Assembly (NCBI GenBank): GCA_029202845.1 | Contig: CP119315.1 | Span: 2,005,759 to 2,069,758, forward strand | Source of the DNA: Candidatus Sphingomonas colombiensis | GTDB lineage: Bacteria; Pseudomonadota; Alphaproteobacteria; Sphingomonadales; Sphingomonadaceae | Direction: 5' to 3' | Length of the DNA stretch: 64,000 nucleotides | Part shown: positions 1-15,545 of the stretch, piece by piece | Position numbering within the stretch: the first letter of the stretch is position 1 | How the letters are laid out: each line of letters starts with the position of its first letter | The notes under the pieces: model-generated | Seen by the model: only the letters and a program-made list of their open reading frames with translations | Database searches by the model: none | What the model was told of the DNA's origin: nothing | Position numbers and translations under genes: made by a program

Positions 1-931
1 CGGCCGCCGCCGCGCCGAACAGCAGGACCATCGGCGGCGCGGGCACCGGCGTGGGGTTGCCGCTGCTCGATCCGCTGCTGCCGGTCGAGCTCCACCCGCC
101 GTTCGACGACCAGCCGCCGCTCGAGCTGCTACTCGACGAGGTCGACGACGAGGTGGAGGATGAAGACGAGGAGGAGGTCGACGACGAGGTCGAGGTGGAA
201 ACGTTGCCGCTGGATGACGTCGAGGTCGACACGTTGCCGCTTGAAGAGGTCGAGGTCGACACGTTGCCGCTCGACGAGGTCGAGGTCGACACGTTGCCGC
301 TCGACGAGGTCGAGGTCGACACATTCCCGCTCGACGAGGATGTGCTGCTGACGTTGCCGCTGGAGGTGGATGTCGAGGAGGTGCTGCTCACCCCGCCGGT
401 CGAGGTTGAGCTGGACGACCCGCCCGACGAGGTCGAGGTGGAGGAGCCGCCGGTCGAGGAGGAGGTCGACGAGCCCCCCGATCCGCCCGACGAGGTCGAG
501 CTGGAGGTCGAGCCGCCGCTGGTGCTGGAGGTGGAGGAGATCACGATTCCGGTCGATCCGCCGCCGCTGCCGCCGAAGAACCCGCCGGCGAAGAAGCCGC
601 CGCCGAACCCGCCCCAGCCGCCGCTGCCGCCGAACACCACCGGGGGCGCGGCGGGGGCGCTGGTCTCGATCATTGGCGCGGCCGGCAGCGCGATCGGGGG
701 CGCCTGCGTCGCCACCGTTACCACCGAGGGCGGGCAGGCCGGCGCCGGGCGCACGCGCGCCACCGGCAGAACCCGCTCGACCGGGCGGCGCACGGGCTTG
801 TGCGCGACCTTCTTCTTGCTGAACTCGGTGCGCGGTTTGGCATTCTCCGCGACATGCACTGCGCCGCCGCCGATCAATGCGCCGCCCGCTGTGCACGCGG
901 CAAGTTTCACCAAAGCCATCCGCACCGACAT
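1..931 (-). CDS. Secreted Ser/Thr/Gly-rich low-complexity protein with PEP-CTERM-like C-terminal sorting signal (3' end runs off the window)
   Basis: Not in the ORF track because it is open at the window edge. ATG at 931 (MSVRMALVKLAACTAGGALIGGG, signal-like) has a purine-rich RBS. The frame is open to position 1 and ends ...NPTPVPAPPMVLLFGAAAA. The + strand acidic ORF 51..1055 is its antisense shadow. Confidence 0.8.
   Translation of the reverse strand, partial: MSVRMALVKLAACTAGGALIGGGAVHVAENAKPRTEFSKKKVAHKPVRRPVERVLPVARVRPAPACPPSVVTVATQAPPIALPAAPMIETSAPAAPPVVFGGSGGWGGFGGGFFAGGFFGGSGGGSTGIVISSTSSTSGGSTSSSTSSGGSGGSSTSSSTGGSSTSTSSGGSSSSTSTGGVSSTSSTSTSSGNVSSTSSSSGNVSTSTSSSGNVSTSTSSSGNVSTSTSSSGNVSTSTSSSGNVSTSTSSSTSSSSSSSTSSSTSSSSSSSGGWSSNGGWSSTGSSGSSSGNPTPVPAPPMVLLFGAAAA
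181..360. repeat. Six tandem 30-bp repeats (consensus tcgacgaggtcgaggtcgacacgttgccgc) encoding SGNVSTSTSS on the minus strand
   Basis: The 30-bp periodicity is directly visible from 181 to 360. Confidence 0.9.
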
Positions 932-1295
932 GGTTCTTCTCTCTTATCTTCCCGGCGAAGAACGGTCTCCGCAGCCCTTACGCACAATGTGCGCCCCCGC
1001 TAGCGCAGAAAGTGCAAAGCAAAGGTTTAAGTTCAAGCGCGGTAACCATGATTAAACGCGTATTTGCGCAACACTAGGCGGCAAACGCACCGGAAGGTTG
1101 GTAAACGTTTCAATGCGAGACAGTTTCGGCCGCGCAACGGCGGCCGGATCTCGGTTCAGCGGCGGGAAAGCCTCAGAATGGCAGAGATGAGCGCGTGACG
1201 ATTCATGGTCGCTTGTTTGCTGTCCGGCACCCGATTATAGGCGCGCCACGGACAACGCGCGGTGGAGCAAAACACCAGCGCGGACGGGGAGAAGC

Positions 1296-1760
1296 TTGAT
1301 GGCGACCGCGTATGAACGAATGGAGGACGGCGGCAGCAGTCCGAACGCCTCCAACGACTCCGATGGCTATCGACCGCACCCTGACGAGCCCTTTATGTGC
1401 GAACGGCAGCAAGCCTATTTTCGCGCTAAGTTGCTCAATTGGAAGGAAGCGATTCTGCGCGAGTCGCAGGGCACGCTTTCGCAGCTGCAGGTCGATTCGC
1501 TGCGTGAGGCCGATCTCAACGATCGTGCGTCGAGCGAGACCGACTGGTCGATCGAGCTGCGTACGCGTGACCGGCAGCGCAAGCTGATTTCCAAGATCGA
1601 GGCGGCGCTGCGCCGCATCGACGAGGGTGAATATGGCTATTGCGAAGTGACCGGCGAACCGATCAGCCTCGGGCGGCTGGAGGCCCGGCCGATCGCGACG
1701 ATGACGGTCGAGGCGCAGGAACAGCATGAGCGCCAGGAAAAGGTCTCGCGCGAAGATTGA
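1296..1760 (+). CDS. dksA: RNA polymerase-binding transcription factor DksA
   Basis: DLNDRASSETD coiled-coil tip and C-terminal YGYCEVTGEPISLGRLEARPIATMTVEAQ. Confidence 0.95.
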   Translation: MMATAYERMEDGGSSPNASNDSDGYRPHPDEPFMCERQQAYFRAKLLNWKEAILRESQGTLSQLQVDSLREADLNDRASSETDWSIELRTRDRQRKLISKIEAALRRIDEGEYGYCEVTGEPISLGRLEARPIATMTVEAQEQHERQEKVSRED

Positions 1761-1819
1761 ACGCGCGATAGGGAGCGTGTTTGTAATTCCGCAAGATTTG
1801 GCGACGTATAAACGTGACG

Positions 1820-2230
1820 ATGAAGCATTTCGGCAAGAACGTCTTTGCCGACGCGGTTCCCGCGCGACGGCGGCCGAGCGCGGGCGTGAAAGCGTCCACG
1901 CTCGCCGCCCGCCTGCGCATCGCCGGCGCGGCCACGCGCGACCAAGGTCGCGTATCCGCAACGTCTCCGCCGGCGGGCTGATGGCGGAGCTGCCGCGCCC
2001 GGCCGCGCCGGACGCGGCGATCGAGGTCGAGCTGGCCGGGCTCGGCTGGGTTCCCGGCCGCGTCGCCTGGCAGACCGCGGGCCGCGTCGGCGTCGTCTTT
2101 CGATCGGGAGATCGATCCGGCGCTGCTGCGACAACTCGCCGACGATTGACCGGCCTGCGCCAGGGCGGGGCCCTGCGGGAACAGGCGGAGATGCTGGCCG
2201 GGCGCGCGGTGCGCGCGCTGCGGCAGGAGC
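1820..2230 (+). pseudogene. PilZ domain protein, frameshifted as assembled (end approximate)
   Basis: RIRNVSAGGLMAEL...GLGWVPGRVAWQTAGRVGVVF PilZ core. The N-terminal part needs several single-base corrections. Confidence 0.65.
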
Positions 2231-2231
2231 C

Positions 2232-2250
2232 GGGGTGCGCAAGGCACCCC
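2232..2250. terminator. Hairpin between the convergent PilZ gene and cspA
   Basis: GGGGTGC-gcaag-GCACCCC inverted repeat. Confidence 0.55.
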
Positions 2251-2258
2251 GAACCCGT

Positions 2259-2467
2259 TCAGCGCCGACTGAAGGTTCACGGCCGAGGTCTTGCCGCGCT
2301 TGTCGGTTTCCAGCTCGTATGAAACGCGCTGGTCCTTATCGAGCGTCCGCATCCCGGCGCGCTCGACGGCGGAGATGTGCACGAAGGCATCGCTGCCGCC
2401 GTCTTCCGGGGCGATGAAGCCATAGCCCTTGTCGGCGTTGAAGAATTTTTACGGTTCCGGTGATCAT
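2259..2467 (-). pseudogene. cspA: Cold-shock protein CspA family, frameshifted as assembled
   Basis: Reconstructs to MITGTVKFFNADKGYGFIAPEDGGSDAFVHISAVERAGMRTLDKDQRVSYELETDKRGKTSAVNLQS after removing one extra base in the T5 run at 2446-2450. A second extra base lies near the stop. Confidence 0.85.
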
Positions 2468-3007
2468 GGTAGTTTCCTTGGCCCATGGTGCGGGCATATG
2501 CCGAATTGGCACATCCCGGCCTCGTGAAGCTCGTGGGGACAAGGGCGACGTGCGCAGCCCGAAATCCGTCTAGGGCAACGTCAGCGCTACGCTATATAGC
2601 AGATATTGTCCGGAACACCGAATTTTGTCGGCGTGATTTTATTTTCCGCGCGATTTCAGCGCGTGGACGGTAGGATTTTTTACAGAATTTCGTTTTTCGC
2701 GGCGCGCCGAGCTGATCGTTTTGCGAATATGTAGGCCGCGATGATGTCGCATGCGAAATTTTGTCGTCGGACCGCTGCATTCGCGCGCGCGATGATTGAA
2801 CCAAGCTGACGCGGCGATAATTCGTCGGCCCATATTTCATATGGCGGGGAAATATTTGCGGTAATTCATATGCCGTGTGATCGGCGCGGGTTCGTATTTG
2901 AAAATATTTCGCCGGCAAGCCGGTGGCGCCGGCCGATCCGATCGCGGTGATGAAGGTCCGGCGGACGCACCGGGCTCTTTTCGCGCCTTTCCTTTCCGTC
3001 GCACAGT

Positions 3008-3043
3008 GAAACGGCCGCCGGCATATCCGCCGGCGGCCGTTTC
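3008..3043 (-). terminator. Rho-independent terminator after ligC
   Basis: GAAACGGCCGCCGG / CCGGCGGCCGTTTC perfect 14-bp stem. Confidence 0.75.
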
Positions 3044-3064
3044 ATTTTCACTGCAGCGGCGCGA

Positions 3065-5361
<2,297 letters not shown>

Positions 5362-5365
<4 letters not shown>

Positions 5366-6385
5366 AGCCCTCGCTCCTTCAGCTCGGCGTCGAGCCGCGG
5401 GAAGACGCGCCGCGCATTGCCCTCGAAGATCGCGTGGCGCTCCGTCGTCGCTGATCGGCAGCGCGTCGACATAGCGCTTGGTGTCGTCGAAATGATGCCC
5501 GGTCTGCGGGTCGATCCCGCGCACCGCGCCGACCATCTCGCTGCCGAACAGGATGTTCTTGGTGTCGATCACCGTCGGCGAGCAGATTCACCGCCCGGCT
5601 GGTGATAGACGCAGGTATCGAAGAACACGTTGTTCATCACATGCCCGTCGAGCGCGGGCTTCTTCAGCATATCCGCCAGCCCGCGATAGCGCCCCCAATG
5701 ATAGGGCACCGCGCCGCCGCCGTGCGGGATGATGAAGCGCAAAGTGGGGAAATCGCTTGAACAGATCGCCCTCGATCAGCTGCATGAACGCGATCGTGTC
5801 GGCCGCGATATAGAAGCCGCCGGTCGCGTGAAGCCCCGGATTGCACGATCCCGAGACGTGGATCATCGCCGGCACATCCAGCTCGACCATCTTTTCGTAA
5901 AACGGATACCAGTAACGATCGGTCAGCGCCGGGGCGGTGAAATGGCCGCCGCCGGGATCGGGGTTGAGATTGCACCCGATGAAGCCGAGTTCGTTGACGC
6001 AGCGTTCCAGCTCGCGGATCGAGCTTTCAAGGCCCGTATCCGGCGATTGCGGCAACATGCACACCCCCGCGAACACCTCGGGGAACAGATCGACCACGCG
6101 CTTGATGAGATCATTGTTGACCCGCGACCACGCTTCGCTGACCGCCGCATCGCCGATATGATGCGCCATGGCGGAGGCGCGCGGGGAAAAGATCGTCATG
6201 TCCGCCGCCCGTTCGCGGATCAGGCGAAGCTGGTTCTGCTCGATCGTCTCGCGGATCTCGTCGTCGGAGATGTGCGGATAGCGCGGCGCCGCCCCGCCGG
6301 CCTTGAACGCGGCCTTTTGCGCGTCCCGCCACTCGTTATGCGCGGCCGGTGCGGTGGTGTAATGGCCGTGACAATCGATGATCAT
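5362..6385 (-). pseudogene. ligJ: 4-oxalomesaconate hydratase (amidohydrolase family), frameshifted near the 3' end as assembled
   Basis: MIIDCHGHYTT, PAMIHVSGSCN, and downstream-frame IDTKNILFGSEMVGAVRGIDP. Confidence 0.9.
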
Positions 6386-7326
6386 GCGGTATTCGCTTTC
6401 GGTTCGAGGGCCGGTCGACGTTCAATTGCTCCGCCCGTCGCGGCGGCGGCGGGGGATGCTGTCCGCTCAAGGATCAGGCCGGCCTTGGCGCCAAGGCCGT
6501 CCGGCACGGGCAGGCGCAATTCGCCGATCGCGCGCTGGCGCGCCACCGTGCCGCGCGTCATCGCCGCCCCGGTGCCGAGCGCGTCGAGCGTCTTCACCGC
6601 CTCCTCCATCTCGGCTGCGCGGCGCAATCCGTGGATCAGCATGCGATCGAGATTGTAATCCGCGCGGGCGCGCCAGTCCGCCCCCGGCCAGCTCGCGTCG
6701 AGCGAGGCGATCACCGCGTCGGCAACCCCGGCGGCATGGGCGGCAAGGAAGCATTCCGCGCTCAGCGCCTCGATCCCCTTCACCATCACCGATCGGATCA
6801 TCTTGATCGCGGAGGCCGCGCCGACCGGCCCGTCGGCGATGGAGACCTTCGCGAAGCCAAGCTCGCGCAGCGCGGCGGCGGCGTCCCCGGCGTGCGGGCC
6901 GCTCACCAGCAACGGCGTGGCGTGGCGCGCGGGGTTTACCGGCGCCATCACCGCGACATCGACATAGCGCCCGCCCGCCGCCTCGATCCGCGCGGCGGCG
7001 GCGCGCTTGGTGTCGGGGGCGATGCTGTTCATGTCGCAATAAAGCGCGCCGGGGGCGATCGTCGCGCTGGTCTCCTCGGCCGCGCTTGGCGCCTGATCGG
7101 CGGTGACCAGCGACAGGATCAGCGCGGCGCCGTCGATCGCGGCGGCATTGCTGTCGGCGGGGGAAACGCCGGCGGCGGCGAAATCGGCGAGCTTGGCCGC
7201 GCGGGTTTCGGGATCGTCGAGTTTCCGGTCATAGCCGCGAACGCCACTTTCTGCGCCGCGAACGGGTGGCGCGAACGCGATGGCCGCCTCGCCAAGCCCG
7301 ATGAAAGTAACCGTAACCATAGACAT
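6382..7326 (-). CDS. NAD(P)-dependent oxidoreductase (beta-hydroxyacid dehydrogenase-like, DUF1932-type C-terminus)
   Basis: TFIGLGEAA Rossmann motif, DVAVMAPV, ASAIKMIRSVMVKG. Start trimmed to MSMVTV. Confidence 0.8.
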   Translation of the reverse strand: MSMVTVTFIGLGEAAIAFAPPVRGAESGVRGYDRKLDDPETRAAKLADFAAAGVSPADSNAAAIDGAALILSLVTADQAPSAAEETSATIAPGALYCDMNSIAPDTKRAAAARIEAAGGRYVDVAVMAPVNPARHATPLLVSGPHAGDAAAALRELGFAKVSIADGPVGAASAIKMIRSVMVKGIEALSAECFLAAHAAGVADAVIASLDASWPGADWRARADYNLDRMLIHGLRRAAEMEEAVKTLDALGTGAAMTRGTVARQRAIGELRLPVPDGLGAKAGLILERTASPAAAATGGAIERRPALEPKANTA

Positions 7327-7375
7327 GATCGTAGCCATTCCCATCACGGCGGGGCCAATCGGAACTTCTGGATGG

Positions 7376-8590
7376 CTATTCGATTTGCGGAATACTGCTT
7401 CCGCTTTGGCCGGCATCGAGAATGTCGAGGAAATGGCGTTGATTTGCCGTGGGCTGCCAGTCCGCGCGCGTGGTCACGCCGATAATGCGCTCGGTCGATG
7501 GCAACGCCGCCGGCACCCTGGCGAGCAGCCCGGCGCGCAGCTCCAGCGCGATCTGATCCGGGGAAACCAATGTCAGGAAATCGGAATCGAGCAATATGCC
7601 CCGGATCGCCATCACCGATCCGCATTCCACCGGGGCCGGCGGGTAGGGCAGGCCGGTGCCCTCGAATAACCGTTCCCAATGATGGCGCAGCGGCGATCCC
7701 GCGCGCCCGACGATCCACGGAAAGCGGCAAAGATCGGATGCCGGTACATCATGTTCGCCAGCGAGCGGATGCCCGGCGCGCGCCGCGATCATCAGCCGGT
7801 CGACGAACAGCGCGCGTTGCGTGAAATCGGGCGGGCAGGGGTCGCGCAGCGCACCGATCATCAGGTCGATCCGCCCGTCGCGCAACAGCTCTGAAAGTTC
7901 GGCGTAAGAGCCTTCGACGATGTCGATGTGGCTGGCCGGCTGGGCGCGGGCGAAGGTGGCGACCGCTGTGGGCAGCAGCACCGCGCGGCACAGCGGCATC
8001 GCCCCGATCGCGAGGTGCGATCCGGTCGCGCCGGCCTGTGCCTCCTCCAGCGCGGCCTGCAGATCGGCGGCGACGAGCCGGAACTGCCGCGCCAGTCGTC
8101 TGCCGTGCGTGGTCAGCGCGACGCCGCGTCCCTGCCGCTCGGCCAGCGGGGTGTCGCACAGCCCTTCCAGTTCGCGCACGGCGCGGTGCAGCGCGGGTTG
8201 CGACAGGCCGGTCGCGCGCGCCGCGCCGACGAAGCTGCCCGCTTCGGCAAGGTTGAGCAGCGCGCGCACCTGCGTCGCGGTCAACAGATTTTCCGGGCGC
8301 TCGAACGCGCGCCGTCCGCCGCGCCCCAGCGGGCGCATCGCGCGGGCCAGCCGGTCATGCGCGGCGTGGACGCGGGGGATCACGCGCGCGCCCGCCGGGG
8401 TCGCGCGCATCCCGTCCGGGAAGCGCTCGAACAGCAGCGCGCCGAAGCGTTCCTCCAGCTTCGCCAGCCCCTGCGCGAGCGCCGGTTGCGACAGCCCGAT
8501 CGCCTCTGCCGCCGCGCTCATGCTGCCGCGTTCCGCGATCAGCGGCAGCGCGCGCAAATGGCGCAGGTTGAGGTCGAACGGCTGGGTCAT
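7376..8590 (-). CDS. ligR: LysR-family regulator with two tandem HTH domains (LigR/GalR-type)
   Basis: Two HTH copies (GSMSAAAEAIGLSQPAL and GSFVGAARATGLSQPAL) plus a substrate-binding domain. Divergent from ligK. Confidence 0.8.
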   Translation of the reverse strand: MTQPFDLNLRHLRALPLIAERGSMSAAAEAIGLSQPALAQGLAKLEERFGALLFERFPDGMRATPAGARVIPRVHAAHDRLARAMRPLGRGGRRAFERPENLLTATQVRALLNLAEAGSFVGAARATGLSQPALHRAVRELEGLCDTPLAERQGRGVALTTHGRRLARQFRLVAADLQAALEEAQAGATGSHLAIGAMPLCRAVLLPTAVATFARAQPASHIDIVEGSYAELSELLRDGRIDLMIGALRDPCPPDFTQRALFVDRLMIAARAGHPLAGEHDVPASDLCRFPWIVGRAGSPLRHHWERLFEGTGLPYPPAPVECGSVMAIRGILLDSDFLTLVSPDQIALELRAGLLARVPAALPSTERIIGVTTRADWQPTANQRHFLDILDAGQSGSSIPQIE

Positions 8591-8604
8591 CGCGTCGATG
8601 ATAT

Positions 8605-8619
8605 ATAGCATAAACTTAT
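8605..8619. promoter_or_regulatory. Candidate LysR T-N11-A box in the ligR/ligK divergent promoter
   Basis: ATAGCATAAACTTAT: ATA...TAT dyad with T-N11-A spacing, about 80 bp upstream of ligK. Confidence 0.55.
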
Positions 8620-8697
8620 CGCCGGTCCGTAATTCGGAATTGTGCTTTCTCGGAAGCTCACCCACGCTTGGCGCCTCGCGATTGATGGAGATTGATA

Positions 8698-9364
8698 ATG
8701 GCAGGCGTGGTCGTGACCGGCGTGGAGCGCCCCCCACTCGCCATCGTGGATGGCCTCGCCGCCTGTGGCGTCGCCACCGTGCATGAGGCGCAGGGGCGCA
8801 CCGGGCTGATGGCCAGCTACATGCGCCCGATCTATCCGCGCGCCCGGATCGCGGGCACCGCGGTCACGATTTCCGCGCCGCCGGGCGATAACTGGATGTT
8901 ACATGTCGCGATCGAACAGTTGCGCGAAGGCGATGTCCTGGTGCTCGCTCCCACCAGCCCCTGCGAAGACGGCTATTTCGGAGACCTCCTCGCCACCTCC
9001 GCAATGGCCCGCCACTGCCGCGCCCTGATCATTGACGCCGGGGTGCGCGACGTTCGCGACCTGACCGAGATGGGCTTTCCAGTGTGGTCGAAGGCGGTCT
9101 TCGCGCAAGGAACGGTCAAGGCGACGTTGGGCTCGGTCAACGTGCCGGTGGTATGCGCCGGCGCGCTGGTGAATCCCGGCGATGTGGTGATCGCCGACGA
9201 TGACGGCGTGTGCGTGGTGCCGCGCGCAAATGCGGCGTCCGTGCTCGAAAAGGCTCGGGCGCGCGAGGCGAATGAAGAGGCCAAGCGCAAGCGGCTCGCG
9301 GCAGGTGAGCTGGGCCTCGACATCTACGACATGCGCGGCAAGCTGGAGCAGATGGGGCTGAAAT

Positions 9365-9372
<8 letters not shown>
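8698..9372 (+). CDS. ligK: 4-carboxy-4-hydroxy-2-oxoadipate aldolase / oxaloacetate decarboxylase
   Basis: [29 protein letters not shown] and DAGVRD RraA-like aldolase motifs. Confidence 0.92.
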
Positions 9373-12299
<2,927 letters not shown>

Positions 12300-12306
12300 C
12301 GATCGA

Positions 12307-13332
12307 TCAGGGTAGCAGCAGCGATGCGTCCCCATAGGAATAGAAACGGTAGTCGCGCTCGATTGCATGGGCATAGGCCGCTTGCATTCGATCGAGCCCC
12401 ATCAGTGCGCTGACCAGCATGAACAGCGTCGATCGCGGCAGGTGGAAGTTGGTGACAAGACCGTCGATCCCGCGAAAGCGATAGCCAGGAGTGATGAAGA
12501 TCGCGGTGTCGCCCTCGAACGGGCGGATGATGCCGTCAAGGCCGGCGGCGCTTTCGATCAGCCGCAACGAGGTAGTGCCGACAGAGATCACCCGGCCGCC
12601 GTTAGCTCGCGTGGCGTTGAGGAGATCGGCGGTGGCCTGATCGATCCGGCCCCATTCGGCGTGCATCACATGATCGTCGGTATCGTCGGCCTTCACCGGC
12701 AGGAAGGTGCCGGCGCCGACATGCAGTGTGAGCGTAGTGTGGTTCACCCCTGCGCCGTCCAGCGCGGCGATCAGCCCGGGCGTGAAGTGCAACGCGGCGG
12801 TGGGGGCCGCGACGGCGCCCGCTTCGCGCGCGAACATCGTTTGGTAGTCATCGGCATCGCGCGCGTCGGTGGGGCGCTTGGCAGCGATATAGGGCGGGAG
12901 CGGCATCCGCCCCGCGCGTTCGAGCAGTAGCTCGACCGGCTCGTCCCCGGCGAAGTCGAGCGCAATACTGCCGTCCGCGCCCCGATCGCTCGCCATCGCG
13001 CTGACGTCGGCGCCGAAATCGATCATGTCGCCGTCGCGCACCCGCTTGGCATTGCGGACGAAGGCGCGCCAGCGGCGCGGTCCCTCGCGTTTGTGGAGTG
13101 TCGCGCCGATCCGCGCATTGCCGCGCATGCCTTCAAGCTGGGCGGGGATCACGCGCGTATCGTTGAAGACCAGGAGGTCGCCCGCGCGCAATTCGCTCGG
13201 CAGATCGCTGACCGTCCGGTCGTGCATGCCGTCGCCGCGCACCACCAGCATCCGTGCGGATTCGCGTGGTGAAGCCGGGCGGAGTGCTATTCGCTCAGCC
13301 GGCAGCGTAAAATCGAACAAGTCGACGTTCAT
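12307..13332 (-). CDS. queA: S-adenosylmethionine:tRNA ribosyltransferase-isomerase
   Basis: [45 protein letters not shown]. Confidence 0.96.
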   Translation of the reverse strand: MNVDLFDFTLPAERIALRPASPRESARMLVVRGDGMHDRTVSDLPSELRAGDLLVFNDTRVIPAQLEGMRGNARIGATLHKREGPRRWRAFVRNAKRVRDGDMIDFGADVSAMASDRGADGSIALDFAGDEPVELLLERAGRMPLPPYIAAKRPTDARDADDYQTMFAREAGAVAAPTAALHFTPGLIAALDGAGVNHTTLTLHVGAGTFLPVKADDTDDHVMHAEWGRIDQATADLLNATRANGGRVISVGTTSLRLIESAAGLDGIIRPFEGDTAIFITPGYRFRGIDGLVTNFHLPRSTLFMLVSALMGLDRMQAAYAHAIERDYRFYSYGDASLLLP

Positions 13333-13355
13333 GGTTACCCTCGCGCGACGGCGCG

Positions 13356-14072
13356 TTACGGTTTCTTCGGTTTGGCCGGAGCCTTGGCGGGGGCGGCCTT
13401 CGCAGCGCCAGGCAGCGCGACCGGGCCGAGCACGGCCGCCGCGTTCACCGCCGGCGGCGGGGCGGGCTGATAGGCCGGAGGATTGTCGCTGGCGATATAG
13501 GCATGGACGATGCGCGTCGGGTTCGCCGGTGGCTCGCCGCGTTCGATCCCGTCGACATATTGCATCCCCTCGATCACGCGCCCGAAGACGGTATATTTGT
13601 GATCGAGCGCGAGCTTCGGCTGAAGGACGATATAGAACTGGCTATTGGCGCTGTCGTCCGACTGGGCACGCGCCGCCGCCACCGCGCCACGCACGTGAGG
13701 CAGGTAATTGAACTCCGCCTTCAGGTCCGGCAGCGTGGAGCCGCCTGTCCCGTCGCCCTTCGGATCGCCGCCCTGCGCCATGAAGCCGTCGATCACACGG
13801 TGAAAGACCAGCCCGTCATAAAAATGCTGGCGGGTGAGCATCTTGATCCGTTCGACCATCAGCGGGGCGACATCGGGGCGCAGCCAAATCGTCACGCGAC
13901 CGCCGTCCGAAAGATCGAGCAACCACTGGTTGGTCGTATCGGTCATCGGCGGCGGTGCGGCACGCACCACCGGCGCCGCGGTCTGCACGACCGTATCCTT
14001 CTTCTCCTTGGCGATGGCCGGAGCCGACGCGAGCGCACCAAGGATCGCTACCATAGCAAAGAAACGCATCAA
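13356..14072 (-). CDS. Cyclophilin-type peptidyl-prolyl isomerase, exported
   Basis: [36 protein letters not shown]; signal peptide. Confidence 0.92.
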   Translation of the reverse strand: MMRFFAMVAILGALASAPAIAKEKKDTVVQTAAPVVRAAPPPMTDTTNQWLLDLSDGGRVTIWLRPDVAPLMVERIKMLTRQHFYDGLVFHRVIDGFMAQGGDPKGDGTGGSTLPDLKAEFNYLPHVRGAVAAARAQSDDSANSQFYIVLQPKLALDHKYTVFGRVIEGMQYVDGIERGEPPANPTRIVHAYIASDNPPAYQPAPPPAVNAAAVLGPVALPGAAKAAPAKAPAKPKKP

Positions 14073-14137
14073 TCGGACTTTCCAGCTCAGTTACCGCGCG
14101 CCGTAGAGCATAGCGCCGCTTGCGCCAATCTGAACCT

Positions 14138-14644
14138 TCACACGCCGCGCCGGCCGAGCACCTGGACGCGCGCCATCACTTCCTCGCGCACGCTGGGTGT
14201 GACGAACTTGCCGATCTCGCCGCCGAAGATCGCGATTTCCTTCACCAATCGCGAGGCGATCGGCTGGAGCGCGACATCGGCCATCAGAAAGATCGTCTCG
14301 ATCGTGGCGTTGAGCTGCTGATTCATGCCCGCCATCTGATATTCATATTCGAAATCGGCGACCGCGCGCAGCCCGCGCACGATCACGCTGGCGCCCTCGC
14401 GCTCGGCGAAGTCCATCAGCAGCGAATCGAAGCTGACGACCCGGATATCGGCATCGATCGACTCCACTTCGCGTTCGACGATCGCCATCCGTTCGGGCAG
14501 CGAGAACATCGGGGATTTGGATGGATTGGTCGTGACGCCGATCACCAGCCGATCGACCAGCTTCGCGCCGCGCCGGATGATGTCCATATGGCCCAGCGTG
14601 ATTGGATCGAAAGTGCCGGGGTAAACGCCGATACGGGTACTCAT
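14138..14644 (-). CDS. coaD: Phosphopantetheine adenylyltransferase
   Basis: YPGTFDPITLGHMDII, RGLRAVADFEYEYQMA. Confidence 0.96.
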   Translation of the reverse strand: MSTRIGVYPGTFDPITLGHMDIIRRGAKLVDRLVIGVTTNPSKSPMFSLPERMAIVEREVESIDADIRVVSFDSLLMDFAEREGASVIVRGLRAVADFEYEYQMAGMNQQLNATIETIFLMADVALQPIASRLVKEIAIFGGEIGKFVTPSVREEVMARVQVLGRRGV

Positions 14645-14648
14645 AACC

Positions 14649-15545
14649 TCAACGATCCCTTTCCAGCACGTAACGCGCGATATCGCGCAACAAATCCGCT
14701 TCCCGCCCATAATGGCGCAGATGCTCGATCGCCTGATCGATGAGCAGCCGGCTACGCTCGCGCGCGGGCTCCACGCCGAGCAGCGAGACGAACGTCTCCT
14801 TGCCGGCGCCGGCATCCTTGCGCAGTTTCTTGCCGACGACCGCCTCATTGCCCTCAACGTCGATCAGGTCGTCGACGATCTGGAAGGCGAGGCCGATGTC
14901 GCGGGCATAACCGCGCAGGCGGGTGCGACCTTCCGGCGCCACGTGACCGAGGATCGCGCCTGCCTCCACCGCCGCGGAAATCAGCGCCCCGGTCTTCATC
15001 GCCTGCAATCGGCCTACAGTGGCGAGATCGAAGCGCGCGCGCTCCGCCTCCAGATCCATCATCTGGCCGCCGGCCATCCCGGCCGGCCCGGCGGCGCGGG
15101 CGAGATCGAGCGTCAGTTCGGCGCGGACGAACGGATCGGGGTGGGTCGCCGGGTCCGCCAGCACCTCGAATGCGAGCGCGTGCAGGCAATCGCCGGCAAG
15201 GATCGCGGTCGCCTCGTTGAACGCCTTGTGGACGGTGGGCTTGCCCCGCCGCATGTCATCATTGTCCATCGCCGGCAGATCATCGTGGATCAGCGAATAG
15301 ACGTGGATCGATTCCAGCGCAGTGGCCACGCGCGCGGTGTAATCCCGATCGCAACCGAATATTTGCGCGGTCGCGAAAACGAGCAGGGGACGCAGCCGCT
15401 TGCCCCCGCCGATCGCGGCATGGCGCATCGCGCGATACAGGTCGGCACGGGAATCGTCCGGAATCGCCAACAGCGTATCGAAACGGGCATCGATCTCGCG
15501 CGCGGTTTCGGCCAGTGCCGCCTGAAGCGCGGGCGAAGGGTTCAT
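14649..15545 (-). CDS. ispA: Farnesyl diphosphate synthase (polyprenyl synthetase)
   Basis: GGKRLRP, LIHDDLPAMD, FQIVDD, GKET. Confidence 0.94.
   Translation of the reverse strand: MNPSPALQAALAETAREIDARFDTLLAIPDDSRADLYRAMRHAAIGGGKRLRPLLVFATAQIFGCDRDYTARVATALESIHVYSLIHDDLPAMDNDDMRRGKPTVHKAFNEATAILAGDCLHALAFEVLADPATHPDPFVRAELTLDLARAAGPAGMAGGQMMDLEAERARFDLATVGRLQAMKTGALISAAVEAGAILGHVAPEGRTRLRGYARDIGLAFQIVDDLIDVEGNEAVVGKKLRKDAGAGKETFVSLLGVEPARERSRLLIDQAIEHLRHYGREADLLRDIARYVLERDR

Noticed and set aside
181-360. 30-bp repeats as a possible CRISPR array
   Set aside because: Head-to-tail repeats with no unique spacers, in frame within a CDS, and no cas genes.
51-1055. 334-aa Asp/Glu/Val-rich + strand ORF with DTLPLDEVEV repeats
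   Set aside because: Antisense shadow of the minus-strand Ser/Thr-rich protein, which has the signal peptide, RBS and sorting motif.
1020-1120. TTAA/GTAACCAT motifs resembling CtrA boxes
   Set aside because: Spacing does not fit TTAA-N7-TTAA; at best half sites.
2592-2918. 108-aa basic ORF upstream of cspA
   Set aside because: No recognisable motif, atypical codons and no RBS; more likely regulatory DNA.
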